Source: Camelus dromedarius (lineage: Eukaryota). Taken from it: a stretch of 64,000 nt of DNA. Under the pieces are notes generated by a model. That model ran no database searches, was not told where the DNA came from, and worked only from the letters and a program-made list of their open reading frames with translations. The position numbers and the translations under genes are program-made. Within the stretch, counting starts at the first letter, position 1; every line of letters begins with the position of its first letter. This document shows, in pieces, positions 13,965-26,469 of this stretch. The DNA lies in the NCBI RefSeq assembly GCF_036321535.1, contig NC_087436.1, positions 5,270,001 to 5,334,000 on the forward strand. Direction: 5' to 3'.

Positions 13965-14555
13965 CCACAAGTGCCGGCAAGAAAAACAATAGGTGTACAT
14001 GTCAGAGCTGCCCTTAACTCCTTCTGGGTCTCAACAGCAATCCTGGGGATGGTGATTTTTGCACCACCAACACTTCTTCCTCCTTTTGATGGGAAAAGAA
14101 AGTTTGGCTTTCAGGAACCATTTTTCCACCAGTACAGTCCATCACTTCAGGATGGGCAGGTGACCCAAATCTCGCCAGGCACCGTAACACCTGCTCGTAG
14201 CTCCCCCTGTGGTAACTGGTCCGGGGTGGCTACCTGGCTCAAACCAGGCCAAGCAAAACTCTTTCGAGAATTTTGGCAGGAAAAGTTCTGGCCCTTTCAA
14301 AGACCACATGTGCTAAAATCTGGGCACTTCTCTGGTTTTTTCTGCCATTTTACGAAGACGGACTGATGGAGGAGAAAGTCAACCCTGGGGGAAGCAGGTC
14401 TACGGACGCAGAAAAAGAGACAGAGTGGGTGACACCATTCAAAACCTGGATGAAGCCCATTCCTGAAACGTTCAGTAACAGATCCAAACGTTTCCTTTTT
14501 AAGTCGGCTACTGGCTAATTTTTTGTGATTATTTGAAACTCAAAGAATCCTAGAG
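13965..14555 (+). mobile_element. MaLR (MLT1-like) LTR remnant
   Basis: Typical MLT1 layout ending TTCCTTTTTAAG...TTTTTGTGATTATTTGAAACTCAAAGAATCCTA. Confidence 0.5.
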
Positions 14556-17500
14556 TGACTCTTGTACGAATCCCACTGTCAACTCACGCCGTTCCCTAGT
14601 AGGGGGATGTATTCTGTTCCAGCACACTTGCAGCAGGGCTGTAGCAGCAGGGCTCCTGGAAGCTACCCAGCAGCGCCTCGTACCCTCGGCTCCGCTCTGA
14701 GCCCGTGGGAACCTGACCCAACCCTTGGAGGAATGAGGAAGGCGGCTCTTCCCTGCAACAGAGCAGCCACTTAACACACTAAGTTATTCCTTGGTCTGTC
14801 TTTAATATAAACATTTAGATTGTCAGCAGTGTTGAAATTGGTTATTGTGTTCCTCCCAAAACTTGTGCCCTGGGACCAAGAGGATGGCGTTTTGAAGTAC
14901 AAAGCATCCATCCCAATGGAGAGTTCAGGCGCACACAGTCCCTGAGCCCCCACTTCCGCCCTCCCCGACACGGAGTTTAACAAAGAAGCAGGTGACGGTG
15001 AGAAAGGAGGGTGCGTGCTGTCCTTAGATGAAGAGGAGAACAATCAGGCCAAGGGTGGGGCTGAGCAACTATCAACCTGTGAAGTTTTGTGTCTGAGAAA
15101 TAAAATTCTTTTCATCTCTTCTAAGTGCCCTTAAACTCTTCTTCCATCTGTTTTGCGTGGCTTCTGTCAGTTTTTTCATCTAAAATAATAGAGACCAGAA
15201 CATGCTCTGTCTGCCACTAAGGGTTTAGCTTCGGAGAGCAAAAGAAGGCAATCCAAACCCATCAGCCCAGCATCCCAAGGGCTCCGGAACCAGCCCCGCC
15301 CCCGGGACAGCCCCGCCCCCGGCCACACCCCACAGCCCCGCCTGCTCCCGGGAACCAGCCTCGCTCTGTCTGGAGGGCTCAGTCCTCCAAAACCCACCTA
15401 TTATTTTATTTTAACTGAATTTTCTCCCCTTCTTCCTTAAAAGGGCAGTGATCTGTTTAGGTAGCCCACCTGCACTTGCTTCTGCTCAGACAGGCCCTTT
15501 CAGAAAGTCTTGGGAATGAATAATCAGGGCTCCAAGCCAACCTGGTCCCCTTACCCCTGGAAAGGGGTCCGGGAGGCACACCGGAGAACACCAGGCAAAG
15601 CTCATCCGGTCTTACGTCAGGGTTCCCACAGCGCACCTTCCAAAGGCACCGACGCTTTTGTCCCACCTGAGCTTTTCTTCCATCTGAACAGGACTGGGAT
15701 TCTCAGTCAGAGGTGCTCATTCCTGCCCAGCTGCGCACTCCGAGCCCCGGTTCTGGAGATCACGGAGGCCTGGGGCTTCCCGGGAGGCCTTTGGACCTCT
15801 CAGGGCTAAAGGGTAAGGTCCTTTATGCCCAATCATGACTAGCGCTGCCTTTTCCCTCCCTTCGTCAGTACAAGGGGCTCATGCAAACATCTGGCTTGAA
15901 AAATTAACTCTTTTATGACGCACGGACGGGTCTCTAAGGGTCATTACCGGCTAAATAACACTGTCTCCCTTTATTTCAGTTGCATGGCAGTGGAACTAAG
16001 AAATATTTTCTGTTCCTTTTCATAAAATAATTGTTTCCTTCAAAATGTTAGCAGCTATAGCTTGCACTGTCCTTGAGAAGCTGATATAAGAAATCTACAC
16101 TATGCTCGAACGTTCTGGCCACTGGAGGGAAACAGAGAGAGTGAGTGGGTCTTTGAGGTCTGCCTGGTGGGTTCATGTCTGCATCCACTTTCTCCATAAT
16201 AATGAACAGCAGTTTTTTGGAGACTGTTGCTGGTAAGATACACAGTTAAGTCTCAAATAGAGAATGGTCAACAGAGCAATCTAGATGCCGCCAGTTACGG
16301 TAATGACCGGGCTCTGTGTTTACAAACATCCTCGGGGGCTGGTGGCCTTGATCTTAATTGCCTACTTACTCGTCTGCCTCTTTCCCCAGACTGTGAGCTA
16401 CCTGAGGGCGCAGCCCCCTCCGACCTCACACGGTGATCAGAACACGCGCCTTGAATTCAAGAAGTACGTGAGCAAACAACGAGGCCACATGGATTCCACT
16501 GCAAACAGCAGGAAGTGAGGAAAGTGTCTAAGAGACGGCTTCAAAAACGAACAATTTTGATCACCTCAAATTCTAAATATTAAAAAAAAAAGTGTTTATT
16601 TCATTTAGTGTATTTAGCATTTCTATCGTTAAATTCTTTCCCCATTGGACCGATGAGAGTTTCCTCCAAAACAAAGTCAGCTGTTTTTGGTGAGACAGAG
16701 ACACTATGTTAAATTGGACTGATTGGTTTTAAATGCTGTTCCTTACGGTCTTTCTCTTTGTAAAATACACCGTATAGTAAGTATAAGTTATTTAGGTCAG
16801 AAGGAAAACAAACAAAAAATATTTTTTAAAAAGTTTTCCACTAAAAATAAGACCGTTTAAGGACACCATATGTCACTCATGTAAGAGCCACTCAGGCACA
16901 GACAATTTTAAAAAACAAGACCTATTTCGGTATTTTTTACACCAAAGTGCACTCGCATGCGCGCACACACACACACACACACTCCCCGTCCCTCTGCTCC
17001 AGCCCCACACCGACACCTCCACCATGCTGCCTGCACACCTTCTCAGGCTGTTAAAGCAATGGAACCTAATTTGCCTCTGACTTGCTTTGCTCTTTGTAAT
17101 AACATCCATCTTCAGCAGCAGAAAGACACAACTCTATCTCTTTCTTTATAAAATATGATTTGAGAAGCCTCTAGGGCCATGGGGAAAATGTCAAACATCT
17201 CACTGGAGTCTGTCCTTTTACAGACACAGCTGAAACACTGATTCACATTTTCCAGACTCTCCTATGTTTCAGGCTTGAAAAAAATACTGAAAATGGGGCA
17301 GTTTACATTCATAAGATGCACTTCAGCAACAGCACATCTGTATTTTATTTCTCTAGCACTGTCATGGAGAAAAGTTGATTTTGCCATTTTTTAAAAAATC
17401 AACTTTAAATTTAAACTTGAGAGTGCTGAATCCTGTTAAGAGAAACTTTACTTTGCTTGAAACAGTCTTGCTTCCAGCCACGCGGTAGACAAAGGCAGTG

Positions 17501-17892
17501 AAATTCCTCTTGGCACAGCACGATAAAAATTGCTGAATAAATGATTCAAAGAAAACCACTGTCTTTAATGCAATACTGAACTGTCAGGGCAATAAGAGAG
17601 TTCTCAGGAGGACAAACAGGCACAAGACACCAAGATTACAGTGAGACAAATATGCTCTGGATCCTGTGGGTCTCCGCCGAGCCTCAGTACGCAGGAGCAG
17701 GGGTTCACGGGCCACGGGTGGTACACAGGGGCCTGGGGCGGGGTCCTAGCTCCATCCTTCCTTCCCACCCTGAATGTACCACCCAATGGGAGGCTGCGGG
17801 GGTGTCTCAGCAGTAATCTGACCTAACTTCTCAACACTTAAGACAGTGGAATGGCATCTTCACATTATGGAGAAAAACACCAATGCACAGCC

Positions 17893-18372
17893 AAAAATTC
17901 CTGTCCAGCCTGACCAACTTCCAAGAATGAGGGTGAACTGAAAATTCCATGTCCAGTCTGATCAAATTCCAAGAATGAGAGTGAACCTAAAATTCCATGT
18001 CCAGACTGATCAACTTCCAAGAATGAGAGTGAATCTAAAATTCCATGTCCAGCCTGATCAACTTCCAAGAATGAGGGTGAACCCAAAATTCCATGTCCAG
18101 CCTGATCAACTTCCAAGAATGAGGGTGAACCTAAAATTCCATGTCCAGACTGATCAACTTCCAAGAATGAGGGTGAACCTAAAATTCCATGTCCAGCCTG
18201 ATCAACTTCCAAGAATGAGGGTGAATCTAAAATTCCATGTCCAGACTGATCAACTTCCAAGAATGAGGATGAACCTAAAATTCCATGTCCCATCTGACCA
18301 ACTTCCAAGAATAAAAGTGAACCCCAAATTCCATATTGAGTCTGACCAACTTCTAAGAATGAAGTTGAAACA
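17893..18372 (+). repeat. 48-bp minisatellite, 10 copies
   Basis: Unit AAAATTCCATGTCCAG(A/C)CTGATCAACTTCCAAGAATGAGGGTGAACCT starting at 17893, 17941, 17989 ... 18325; terminal copies are more diverged. Confidence 0.97.
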
Positions 18373-19017
18373 CAGAACTTTTCAAATAAATAAGAATTGA
18401 GTATTTACTTCCAACAGGCTTTCACTTGAAGTTGAAGACTGTACTTAAAGAAATAAAATAATCCCACCCCTACAATTCCAAAACGCAAGAAGAAATCATT
18501 TGCACCAAAAGCAGACACAGAGGTACAGCTACAGAAACAATGATTACACGAAACAATAACAACACGTGCTTAACTTGTGACATCAAAACATACAAAGCAT
18601 TTGAAACCCAACTTCAAATCCTCAAGAAAATCTGGTCCCGCTCCCGACCCCAGACTCCCCAAGGCTGTCCGGTGGTCTCCCTGTCACCGCGGTGAGCAGT
18701 AAACTCTGCCCTGTCTTGTCAGCAGGGCATGTGAGCTGGGCCAGGGCTCTTCCCATAGCAGTCCGACGCCCTCAGGTGATTTTGTATCTGGGAAGGTGGG
18801 TAGATATGAACTCGCCCTAGATATTAAGTTCAACGTGGATTTCCAAGGTAGCCACTTAAAAGCAGAAATAGGTGTATACTTTCTAAATTAGCACAACAGA
18901 AAATGGGGTAAGAAGAGAAACTAAACCAATGCAAGAAAAGAAACAGAGAATCAGAAAAATGAGCAGAAACGGAATGGGCAAAATAAATACCAGCCTTCAA
19001 CCTAAAATATGCATACT

Positions 19018-19497
19018 GATTTCTACTGAGTGGAATACTACTCAGCCATAAAAATAATGAAATAATGCCATTTGCAGCAACATGGATGGACCTGGAGATT
19101 GTCATTCTAAGTGGAGTAATCCAGACAGAGAATGAAAAATACCATATGATAGTATCACTTATATGTGGGATCTTACCAAAAAATGACACAAATGAACTTA
19201 TTTATAAAACAGAAATAGACTCAAAGACATAGAAAACAAAATTATAGTTACCAGGGGAAAGGGGTGGGAGGGATACATTGGGAGTTTGGAATTTGCAGAT
19301 ACTAACTACTATATATAAAATAGATGAACGACAACTTTATACTGTACAGCACAGAGAACTATATTCAATATCTTGTAGTAACTTATGGTGAAAAAGAATA
19401 TGAGAACAAATTTATGTATGTATATGTATGACTGAGATATGATGCTGTACACCAGAAACTGACACATTGTAAACTGACTAAACTCCAAAAAATAAAA
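19018..19497 (+). mobile_element. Young 5'-truncated L1 inserted in the ancient L1
   Basis: ORF2 end GGAATACTACTCAGCCATAAAA plus full 3' UTR; perfect TSD TAAAATATGCATACT (19003-19017, 19498-19512). Confidence 0.92.
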
Positions 19498-19641
19498 TAA
19501 AATATGCATACTAAGAATCAATGTTCTGGAGTAAGTTCCTAAGTGAAACTATAAAGTTTTTTTAGTTGCATTTTTAATGTTTCTCATGTTCTTCTCACAA
19601 GAGACAACCAAAACACACAGACACACAGTAACATGCACGTA

Positions 19642-19645
<4 letters not shown>

Positions 19646-19678
<33 letters not shown>
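19646..19678 (+). repeat. (CA)n microsatellite
   Basis: Directly visible. Confidence 0.95.
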
Positions 19679-19680
<2 letters not shown>

Positions 19681-20399
19681 AGGACACAGGAAGGTTGAAA
19701 GTAACAGGGGAAAGATTTCCAGGCAAACAACAACCACAATCACCTGCTGCAGCTACACAAACATCAGACACAATACACTCTGAAGTAAAAACAAAACATT
19801 AATAATGAGTAAACCAGCTCAGACCTCTGAGCTCACACGCACCAACCGGCACGATTTAAAAACATAAAAACCCAAACTGACAGCCCTACACCCTACAAGG
19901 CAAAGCTGATAAATATACTTATCCTCTGTTAGGAAGCTTTAGCACGTCTCTCTCAGTAATTGGTGTATCAGGAAGAAAACAACATCAGGAAAGATACGGA
20001 TGCTGCCATCAGCACAAGTGCAAAAAGTGAGGTACCCGCACATCAGGCGACGGTGCCGCCCACAGCGGAAGGGCGGCGCATTCGGAAAATTTAAAAAATG
20101 GAAGCAAATGAAGCCAAGTCTTAACTTTCAGATAATCACAAAGGGCCGTATTCACTATCCAAAATACAATTAATTTAGGAATCTATAGTAAAAATGCATT
20201 TTAAAAACCTTATAAATTTAACGTAGAAAACCAAACAATATGCTCCTATATATGATCTATGGTTTAAAAGAAGAAAACAATGGATATTATTAAAATCCTC
20301 AAGTGACAAAATTAAAATACTACATTATCAAAACTGGCAGGACGCATCTAACACGGGATAGAAAAAGCAAATTCGTGTCACCGAGAATACAATAAGCAA

Positions 20400-20825
20400 C
20401 ACTCTGAGCAGTCAGTCAGGAGCGCCCATCCCCTCGAGAACATTCCGGCCAGAATCTTTCAGCAAAGCTTAATTACGAAGACATACGCGGGAAAACTGAA
20501 ATTGAGAGATGTTCTGCAGGACAAACAGGCTGGACTGGTCAAAGAAAACAGCAGTGTTGAGAGAGCCAACAAAAGAGTTACAATAACTGAACGTAATCAA
20601 TGGTCAATTACTGAATCAAAACATAATAGGAGAAAAAGAAAATAAAGAAGTGGTAACATTTTGGGATCATGGGAAACACTGGAAAATCCACTATGTATCT
20701 GGTGATAGTTCGATACTAATGTTACATTTCCTGCACGTGACACTGTTGTAGACAATTGGTTGGAAATCTCCTAGTTCATGAAGTAAAATCTCATCATGTC
20801 TGTAACTTACCTTTGAAAGCAAAAT
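20400..20825 (+). mobile_element. L1MC-like 3' UTR fragment
   Basis: AAATTGAGAGATGTTCTGCAGGACAAACAGGCTGG resembles the L1MC 3' end consensus as recalled. Confidence 0.5.
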
Positions 20826-20939
20826 GAAAAGAATAAAACATGTTTCTCAAAGGGGGAAAAATGCCTCGTAGGTAAAGAACAAATAATACAAGAAAATCAT
20901 ATACTTCAAATAGTAAGAAAATCTGCATCGATCTTCTTA

Positions 20940-21840
20940 GTCAATATCAGTATGTAAACAGCAAATCTTTAAATTCCAGGGGCCAAAGGTGAAACAATTT
21001 CAGCAACAAACTGAACAACAATAGCACTGGATTATAACACGCTGAATATAATGAATATCCCTGAGTCTATACTGATATAAATGATGGAAGAAATAAAGGA
21101 AGGAAAGGAGGAAGGATGGACAGTGTGGGGGAGGGAGGGAAGGAGAAGGCACAGTTTTCTTTACTGAAGAATTCCAAATGGTAGATTGTATATATCCCCC
21201 CCTCCAGAAGGTGGAACTTAACCACTACCTCCTTGAACGTGGGCTAGACTTGGTTACCTGTCTCCAAACAACAGCTCATGAGAGGGACTGCGACTCCTCC
21301 CCAGACGAGAAGCCCGCCCTGCCCAAGGGATCACAGTCAACAGCATCAGGGTAGGCGGGGTTCACAGCAGGCACCCTCCGCTATGCTATGAACAGAAGGG
21401 CGTCGCACCGATCTGGAATCCCTCCTCCAAACTCATCACCCACGGGGAATCATGAGAAATCCTCTGAAGACCCTAAACTGAGGAATATTCTACGAAATAC
21501 CTGACTAATACTCTTCAAGAGTGTTAAGTTCATGAAATACAAGGGAAGAGAAATTGCCACGGACTGGAAGAGACTGAAAGGCGAGAGGCTAAATGCAATG
21601 CTCATACTGGAGAGGCTCCTGAAACAGAAAAAGGACAGGGAGGGGAAAGATGCTGACACCTGAAGAAAGTGTGTAGGTTAGTTAACAGTACTGTGTGAAC
21701 ACTAACCCCGTGGTTGTGCAAAGGTGTCCTGGTTCCAGAAGATGTGGCCACGGAGGGACATGGCATCATGGAAACTCTTTGTGCCACCTTCACCACATTC
21801 TGTAAATCTAAAGTTACTCCAAATTTTAAAGTGTTTGATT
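20940..21840 (+). mobile_element. L1MC/L1MD-like 3' UTR fragment
   Basis: AAACTGAGGAATATTCTACGAAATACCTGACTAATACTCTTCAAGAGTGTTAAG...TGTAAATCTAAAGTTACTCCAAA. Confidence 0.65.
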
Positions 21841-24428
21841 TTTAAGAGAAGCAAACTCTAAAACCAGGAAGAAGCTGGAGATACGTCCCAATGCAATCGA
21901 CAACTTAGTAAGAGATAGAAAAAGAGTGAAAGAACTGAAAGCCAGAGAGAATCTTTTTCACAAACCACATGATTTTTTTGCATAAATCCAAAATAACTGC
22001 CAGAACAATGATTAAAGTAAAAGAGTTTAGCAAGTTCGCTAGACAGAAGATCGATACTAAGAATCGACTGCATTTCTATACATCAGCAATATACGATTAG
22101 AAATGTCACTTTCAAAAAGGGACTTTAGCAACAGTCTATTAAAAACCAAAGAAATAAATGCAAATAATGATGCACCACATCTTTATAAAAGATTTATAAA
22201 TCCTTAGAAAGAATATTTTAAAACCATATGGACAATAAAGACCAGAATAAAAGGAAAAACAAAGTTCTCAAGGACAGGAAGTGTCATTACTATAAGGATG
22301 TCAATTCTTTTCCAAATAATCTATTAAATAACCAGAGAGTCCATTAAAAACTGAGCAGAAGGCATGAGGAGGCATGTCACAGAGGAGGAAATCTGAGCAG
22401 CTGGAAACAAAGTGAAAATATCCTCAGCCTTATTAGTCATAAGAAAAAATAGATAGAGCTTAACACTGAGGCACAATTTTACACTTAACCACACTACCCA
22501 TAATTAGAGGAATGCCAGATCAAAAGGTTGGGGAGGATGCAGGAAAACAAGTTTTTGTATACTGTTGGTAGAAGTGTAAATTGGTCACTGCTAAAAATAA
22601 TTTGATTCCACCTCGTAAAGCTGAAAAGTATTAATGTCTTAAGATAGCAGTACTGTTCTTAGCTACAGACTCCGAGAACGTTTCCTTGCACTTTTGGAGA
22701 AAGAACTGGAAACAAGCCAAAGATTCATCAAAGTAGAAGATTCCAGAAAGACTGCCTGTTTATTCAACAAAACACTGTCCATCAGGGAAAACAGAAGATG
22801 GAAGCTATCCACATCGACGTGAACTGAAAAACACAGTACTGCTTAGTCTGCTTGTTTTGAGATGCGTACCAAGTCACAACAGTGAACACACAGCATGGTC
22901 CCATCGGATCACGCAAAGCAAGCAAAAAGTAATTTACTTTTCATGGGATAGTACAGAGGGAAATCCGTACATGCGGTAAAATAGAGAAAATCAGGAGACA
23001 GAGTCAAAAAAGGGAAGTCAGGACAATGATTGTGTTGCAGGACTGAGAAGCAGGTGCTCTCAGGCTGGCACAAGGAAAGGGATCTCAGAACTATCGGAAG
23101 AGCCACTTTTCTGGGGTTGGGTCTCAGGCTGAGTGAAGCTGAGTCCCACGTGAGGTGAGGCATTCTGTACGACAGTTTATTTTTTTTTATCATCTGACAA
23201 TTAATAAATGCATCACAGTCACCCACACATGCACTTCCAGTGCTGCCTCTCCTGCCACGTAAACCACCAGGTGCGCAGGGGCCATGTGGCCCTCCTGGCC
23301 CGGACCTGTGGGGACGGGACCAGAGAGCACTGGTCCTCTGGCGAGTGCTGTCCTCAGTCCCTTGTCTCTGACCCGGGAGCCTCAGGTCTGCGGTCAGCGT
23401 CCATGCAGCCGTGCTAGGCTCACCTGCTCCTCTGCGGGGAGGGCAAAATCTCAGACCCTTGGCAATTTTGACAGGATTATGTGACCCTCCGTATGACGAG
23501 AAGGCAAGAGCTGCAGTTTAACGTGGTGATAAACTATCTACAGCACTGTGGGGAAAACGGATTTGAAAATCAGTTTAGTTAGAAACCATGAATGAGACCT
23601 CACGCTGCTCACTTGGCTTCTCTGGCCCCTGTGTCCTCACCTATAAAATGAAGGGCTGGAAAACACCATCTCTAACAACAGCTAGGACAACGTCTAGTTC
23701 TCAAAGGCTAAGGTTACACATGTAAGGGAAAAAATAACCTGAGCTGCAGAGCCACAGAAAGAAGAAACTGAAACAGAATGTAACTCGCTATATAAATGGT
23801 CAGGATACAAATTATGGTGACAGCAAGTATAAAGTTTATTTCATCTGGACTAAAATATTTATCTGTAATACACCGTAAAGCGAAAATTCTCTTTGAACTT
23901 GTATACCAAAGAGAAAATAAAGAACCCTGCAGAGAAGCTCAGGGAAAATATTTGCATGATACACAAATGCCACTGAAGTCAAAGTCTCCCATGAGACCGC
24001 CCAACCTTGACAAGTGTATGCACACAGGGTTTACGGAGTAGTATTTGTATGCCATGCGGCAGGTGGTCCTTTGCCCGGGTGAAATGCTCTAGCTGACTTT
24101 GGTTCGTGAGCACTTCTAGGAGAATTACGGTGAATTTCTACCTGGCCAACTGGAATGTCAGCTGACATTCCTAAATCTGCTTTCAGAACGTGTGTTTCTT
24201 CCTTGTGATGAAATATTCAAACTTCTTCGTCCTGTATGTGTATTTATCTATATGTGTACCTGTGGGTACTCTAAGTATCCATGCATACTGCTTTTTCTTT
24301 TAATAATTTACTATCTGTTTTATTGAATTGGCTATGAGGAAGCTCAAACGTAAAATTGTGGGCACTAACGGTAACTCTGGCACACTGCATCCCTTTACGT
24401 GGCTTTTTAATTCTCTATTCCTTATTTT

Positions 24429-24584
24429 TTTTAATTAATTAATTTACTTATTTTGACTTTTTCTTTGGGGGGGAGGTAATTAGGTTTATTTATTTACATG
24501 TATATTTTAATGGAGGTACTGGGGATTGAACCTCGTGCATGCTATGCTAAGCAGACACTCTACCACTGAGCTATACCCTCCCCC
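24429..24584 (-). mobile_element. Vic-1-type SINE about 240 bp into intron 2
   Basis: Same consensus; TSD CTCTATTCCTTATTTT on both sides. Confidence 0.9.
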
Positions 24585-24821
24585 CTCTATTCCTTATTTT
24601 AAATTGTTTTACTCTATATGTATTTTTGACCACACATCACCTCAAATTATTTTCGGAAGTAGACAGAAACATACCATAAACAAGGCTGTAAATTTCTTGG
24701 CTCATCAGAAAAATATAACAGAACAAAAGATGGCATTGAAAATCACATCATCAAAGTGAAGCAACTGGAAAGACTGTAAGAGTTGTTACACTCTGCGGGC
24801 ATTTCGAGTGTGATAACTTAC

Positions 24822-25017
24822 TTGCATATGTCATCTTCTGGGTCTTCGAGCCCAAATCTTTCATCAAATGTGAGCTGTATCCACACATTTTCCTCTACTG
24901 CTACTAATCTCCACACCAAGACCATATTTCTCGGGTAAGTATGAGGGAACCTCGGACTGTGAATACTTCCATTAGTAGACACAGTAATAATTCGCTCATG
25001 CTGGGGATCTTGTACTC
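24822..25017 (-). CDS. PDGFC: Platelet-derived growth factor C, coding exon 2 (N-terminal part of CUB domain)
   Basis: Translates (G)VQDPQHERIITVSTNGSIHSPRFPHTYPRNMVLVWRLVAVEENVWIQLTFDERFGLEDPEDDIC(K), recognisably PDGF-C. Acceptor TTTTTACTTTTAG|GA (AG at 25019-25018), donor AA|GTAAGT (GT at 24821-24820). 196 bp, phase 1 in, phase 2 out; NGS sequon retained. Confidence 0.97.
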
Positions 25018-26167
25018 CTAAAAGTAAAAACACAGGCATGAACACACACTTAGACATTTTAAAAATTATGGGTTTCAAACTAACTTCTGAAAAAAGTTAT
25101 CCAATACAAGCCCCAAGTTTCATATGAACCATAATTACCAGATGATCCCAACCTTTAAATGACCTTGAAAAAAGAAATGGGATCAAAATAATGGTCTCAA
25201 TTCCTTGTTGTAAGGGAACTATCAGCACTCTGTGAAGATACTAAATTATAAGAAATGCTGCAGGACTTCTCAGTGACTTTAAAAAGCTCAAATGAATTTT
25301 AAATTTCTAAGAGGAGACTACAGTATAAAATAGCTTCCAAGTTTATTAGACACGGCAACCTTCTGCTCTGCAAAATGCTAAACTACATTGTTAACAACTT
25401 CATGTTAATGATCTCTCTCTTTTGATTAGATTGTTGGGGAGAGATGAGGGGAAGGGTGAATTGGTATTGTTGAAAGAAAAGTGTTCATATATCCAGCCAC
25501 TTAAGAGTTAATGAGACAAAACATGGAAAATGAGCAGCTTTTTATCTGCACAAAGAAAATCCAAGAAGTAAGAGAGTTACACTCTCTCAGGCCATGAAAA
25601 TCCAATCCATTTAAGTATGCTAAATTCCATTTAAAAAAAGTTTTAAACAATCTTTTACTCAATCTCTAAAACAATTTAAAAGTCCTAAACCAGACGTTGA
25701 AGACAGGTGCACGGTATAATTCCCAATGGGGCCTTTTTTTTGGTGCAACTTTCATATACTTGTAATGTTGGGACAACAATTTTAAATTCTACGAGTACCT
25801 CTTTGGTTGTCATGATTTAGAGATACACTTTATGATAGTGGACGTTGTATTTGCAGTAATTACAGAGAGATAAAGAGTATTGTTTTATATTATATTATAA
25901 ACACCACTTTTTCCTTTATTTGTCCTTCTCCCAACATCCAGTCTCAATAAACACATAGTTACTTCCAGAAATATGACAGGTTTCTCATTTTATTTTCTCC
26001 TTTCAGGCATGTCCCATCAAACTGTGTAATAAAGACTTGTCTAAGGCCTCTTCAGTCATATGACATTTTACACTAAAGTACATTTTTCTTCTCTCTTCTT
26101 TTTTCTATTATATTTTTCTGCCTTTTCCTCTTTAATGCTTTCACTCCCACACCCTAATCCCCCCTCA

Positions 26168-26372
26168 CTTTTTATTAAAGTGTAGCTGATTTACAATGTT
26201 GTGTTAGTTTCAGGTGTACAGCTAAGGGATTCAATTATTATATATTTATATATATACTTTTTTAGATTCTTTTCCATTATAGGTTATTACAAGACACTGA
26301 ATATAGCTCCTGGGCCATACAGTAAGTCCTTGTTGTTTATCTCTTTTATACATAGTACTGTGTATCTGTCCA
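26168..26372 (-). mobile_element. Young L1 3' UTR fragment
   Basis: AAAGTGTAGCTGATTTACAATGTTGTGTTAGTTTCAGGTGTACAGC. Confidence 0.85.
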
Positions 26373-26469
26373 ACATAACTGCCTTTTAACCAAAGAATTC
26401 CCTAGTGCCCAATTTCCCTACTCATTACTTTAAACTCTGATTTCACACTGATAATCTCACTTCCCACTC

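Larger units (their letters stand above)
17815..23210 (+). mobile_element. Ancient, heavily degraded L1 (L1M/L1ME-like): ORF1 3' end, ORF2 remnants and 3' UTR, interrupted by later insertions
   Basis: RQWNGIF...KNEGE ORF1-like codons (17840-18420); endonuclease-like AAGGTTGAAAGTAACAGGGGAAAGATTTCCAGGCAAAC (~19690); RT-region AAGAGTTTAGCAAGTTCGCTAGACAGAAGATCGATAC (~22021); 3' UTR-like sequence to ~23200. Confidence 0.7.
1..24821 (-). other. PDGFC: PDGFC intron 2 (partial; exon 3 not seen in window)
   Basis: Begins at the exon 2 GT donor; no YDFVEVEEP-type exon 3 peptide found. PDGFC introns are known to be tens of kb long. Confidence 0.8.

Noticed and set aside
12868..14777. Cluster of overlapping 60-130 aa ORFs
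   Set aside because: No recognisable homology; partly MaLR-derived; consistent with chance ORFs.
17893..18372. CRISPR-like array
   Set aside because: Units are contiguous with no unique spacers, there are no cas genes, and the context is a mammalian intron.
17865..18400. Repetitive 141-aa (+) and 147-aa (-) ORFs as novel proteins
   Set aside because: A 48-bp unit lacking a stop in a given frame yields long ORFs automatically; the ancestral L1 frame has stops and I found no supporting gene signals.
25018..25078. N-terminal extension MKPIIFK... of the PDGFC ORF
   Set aside because: It is intronic read-through of the polypyrimidine tract upstream of the AG acceptor.
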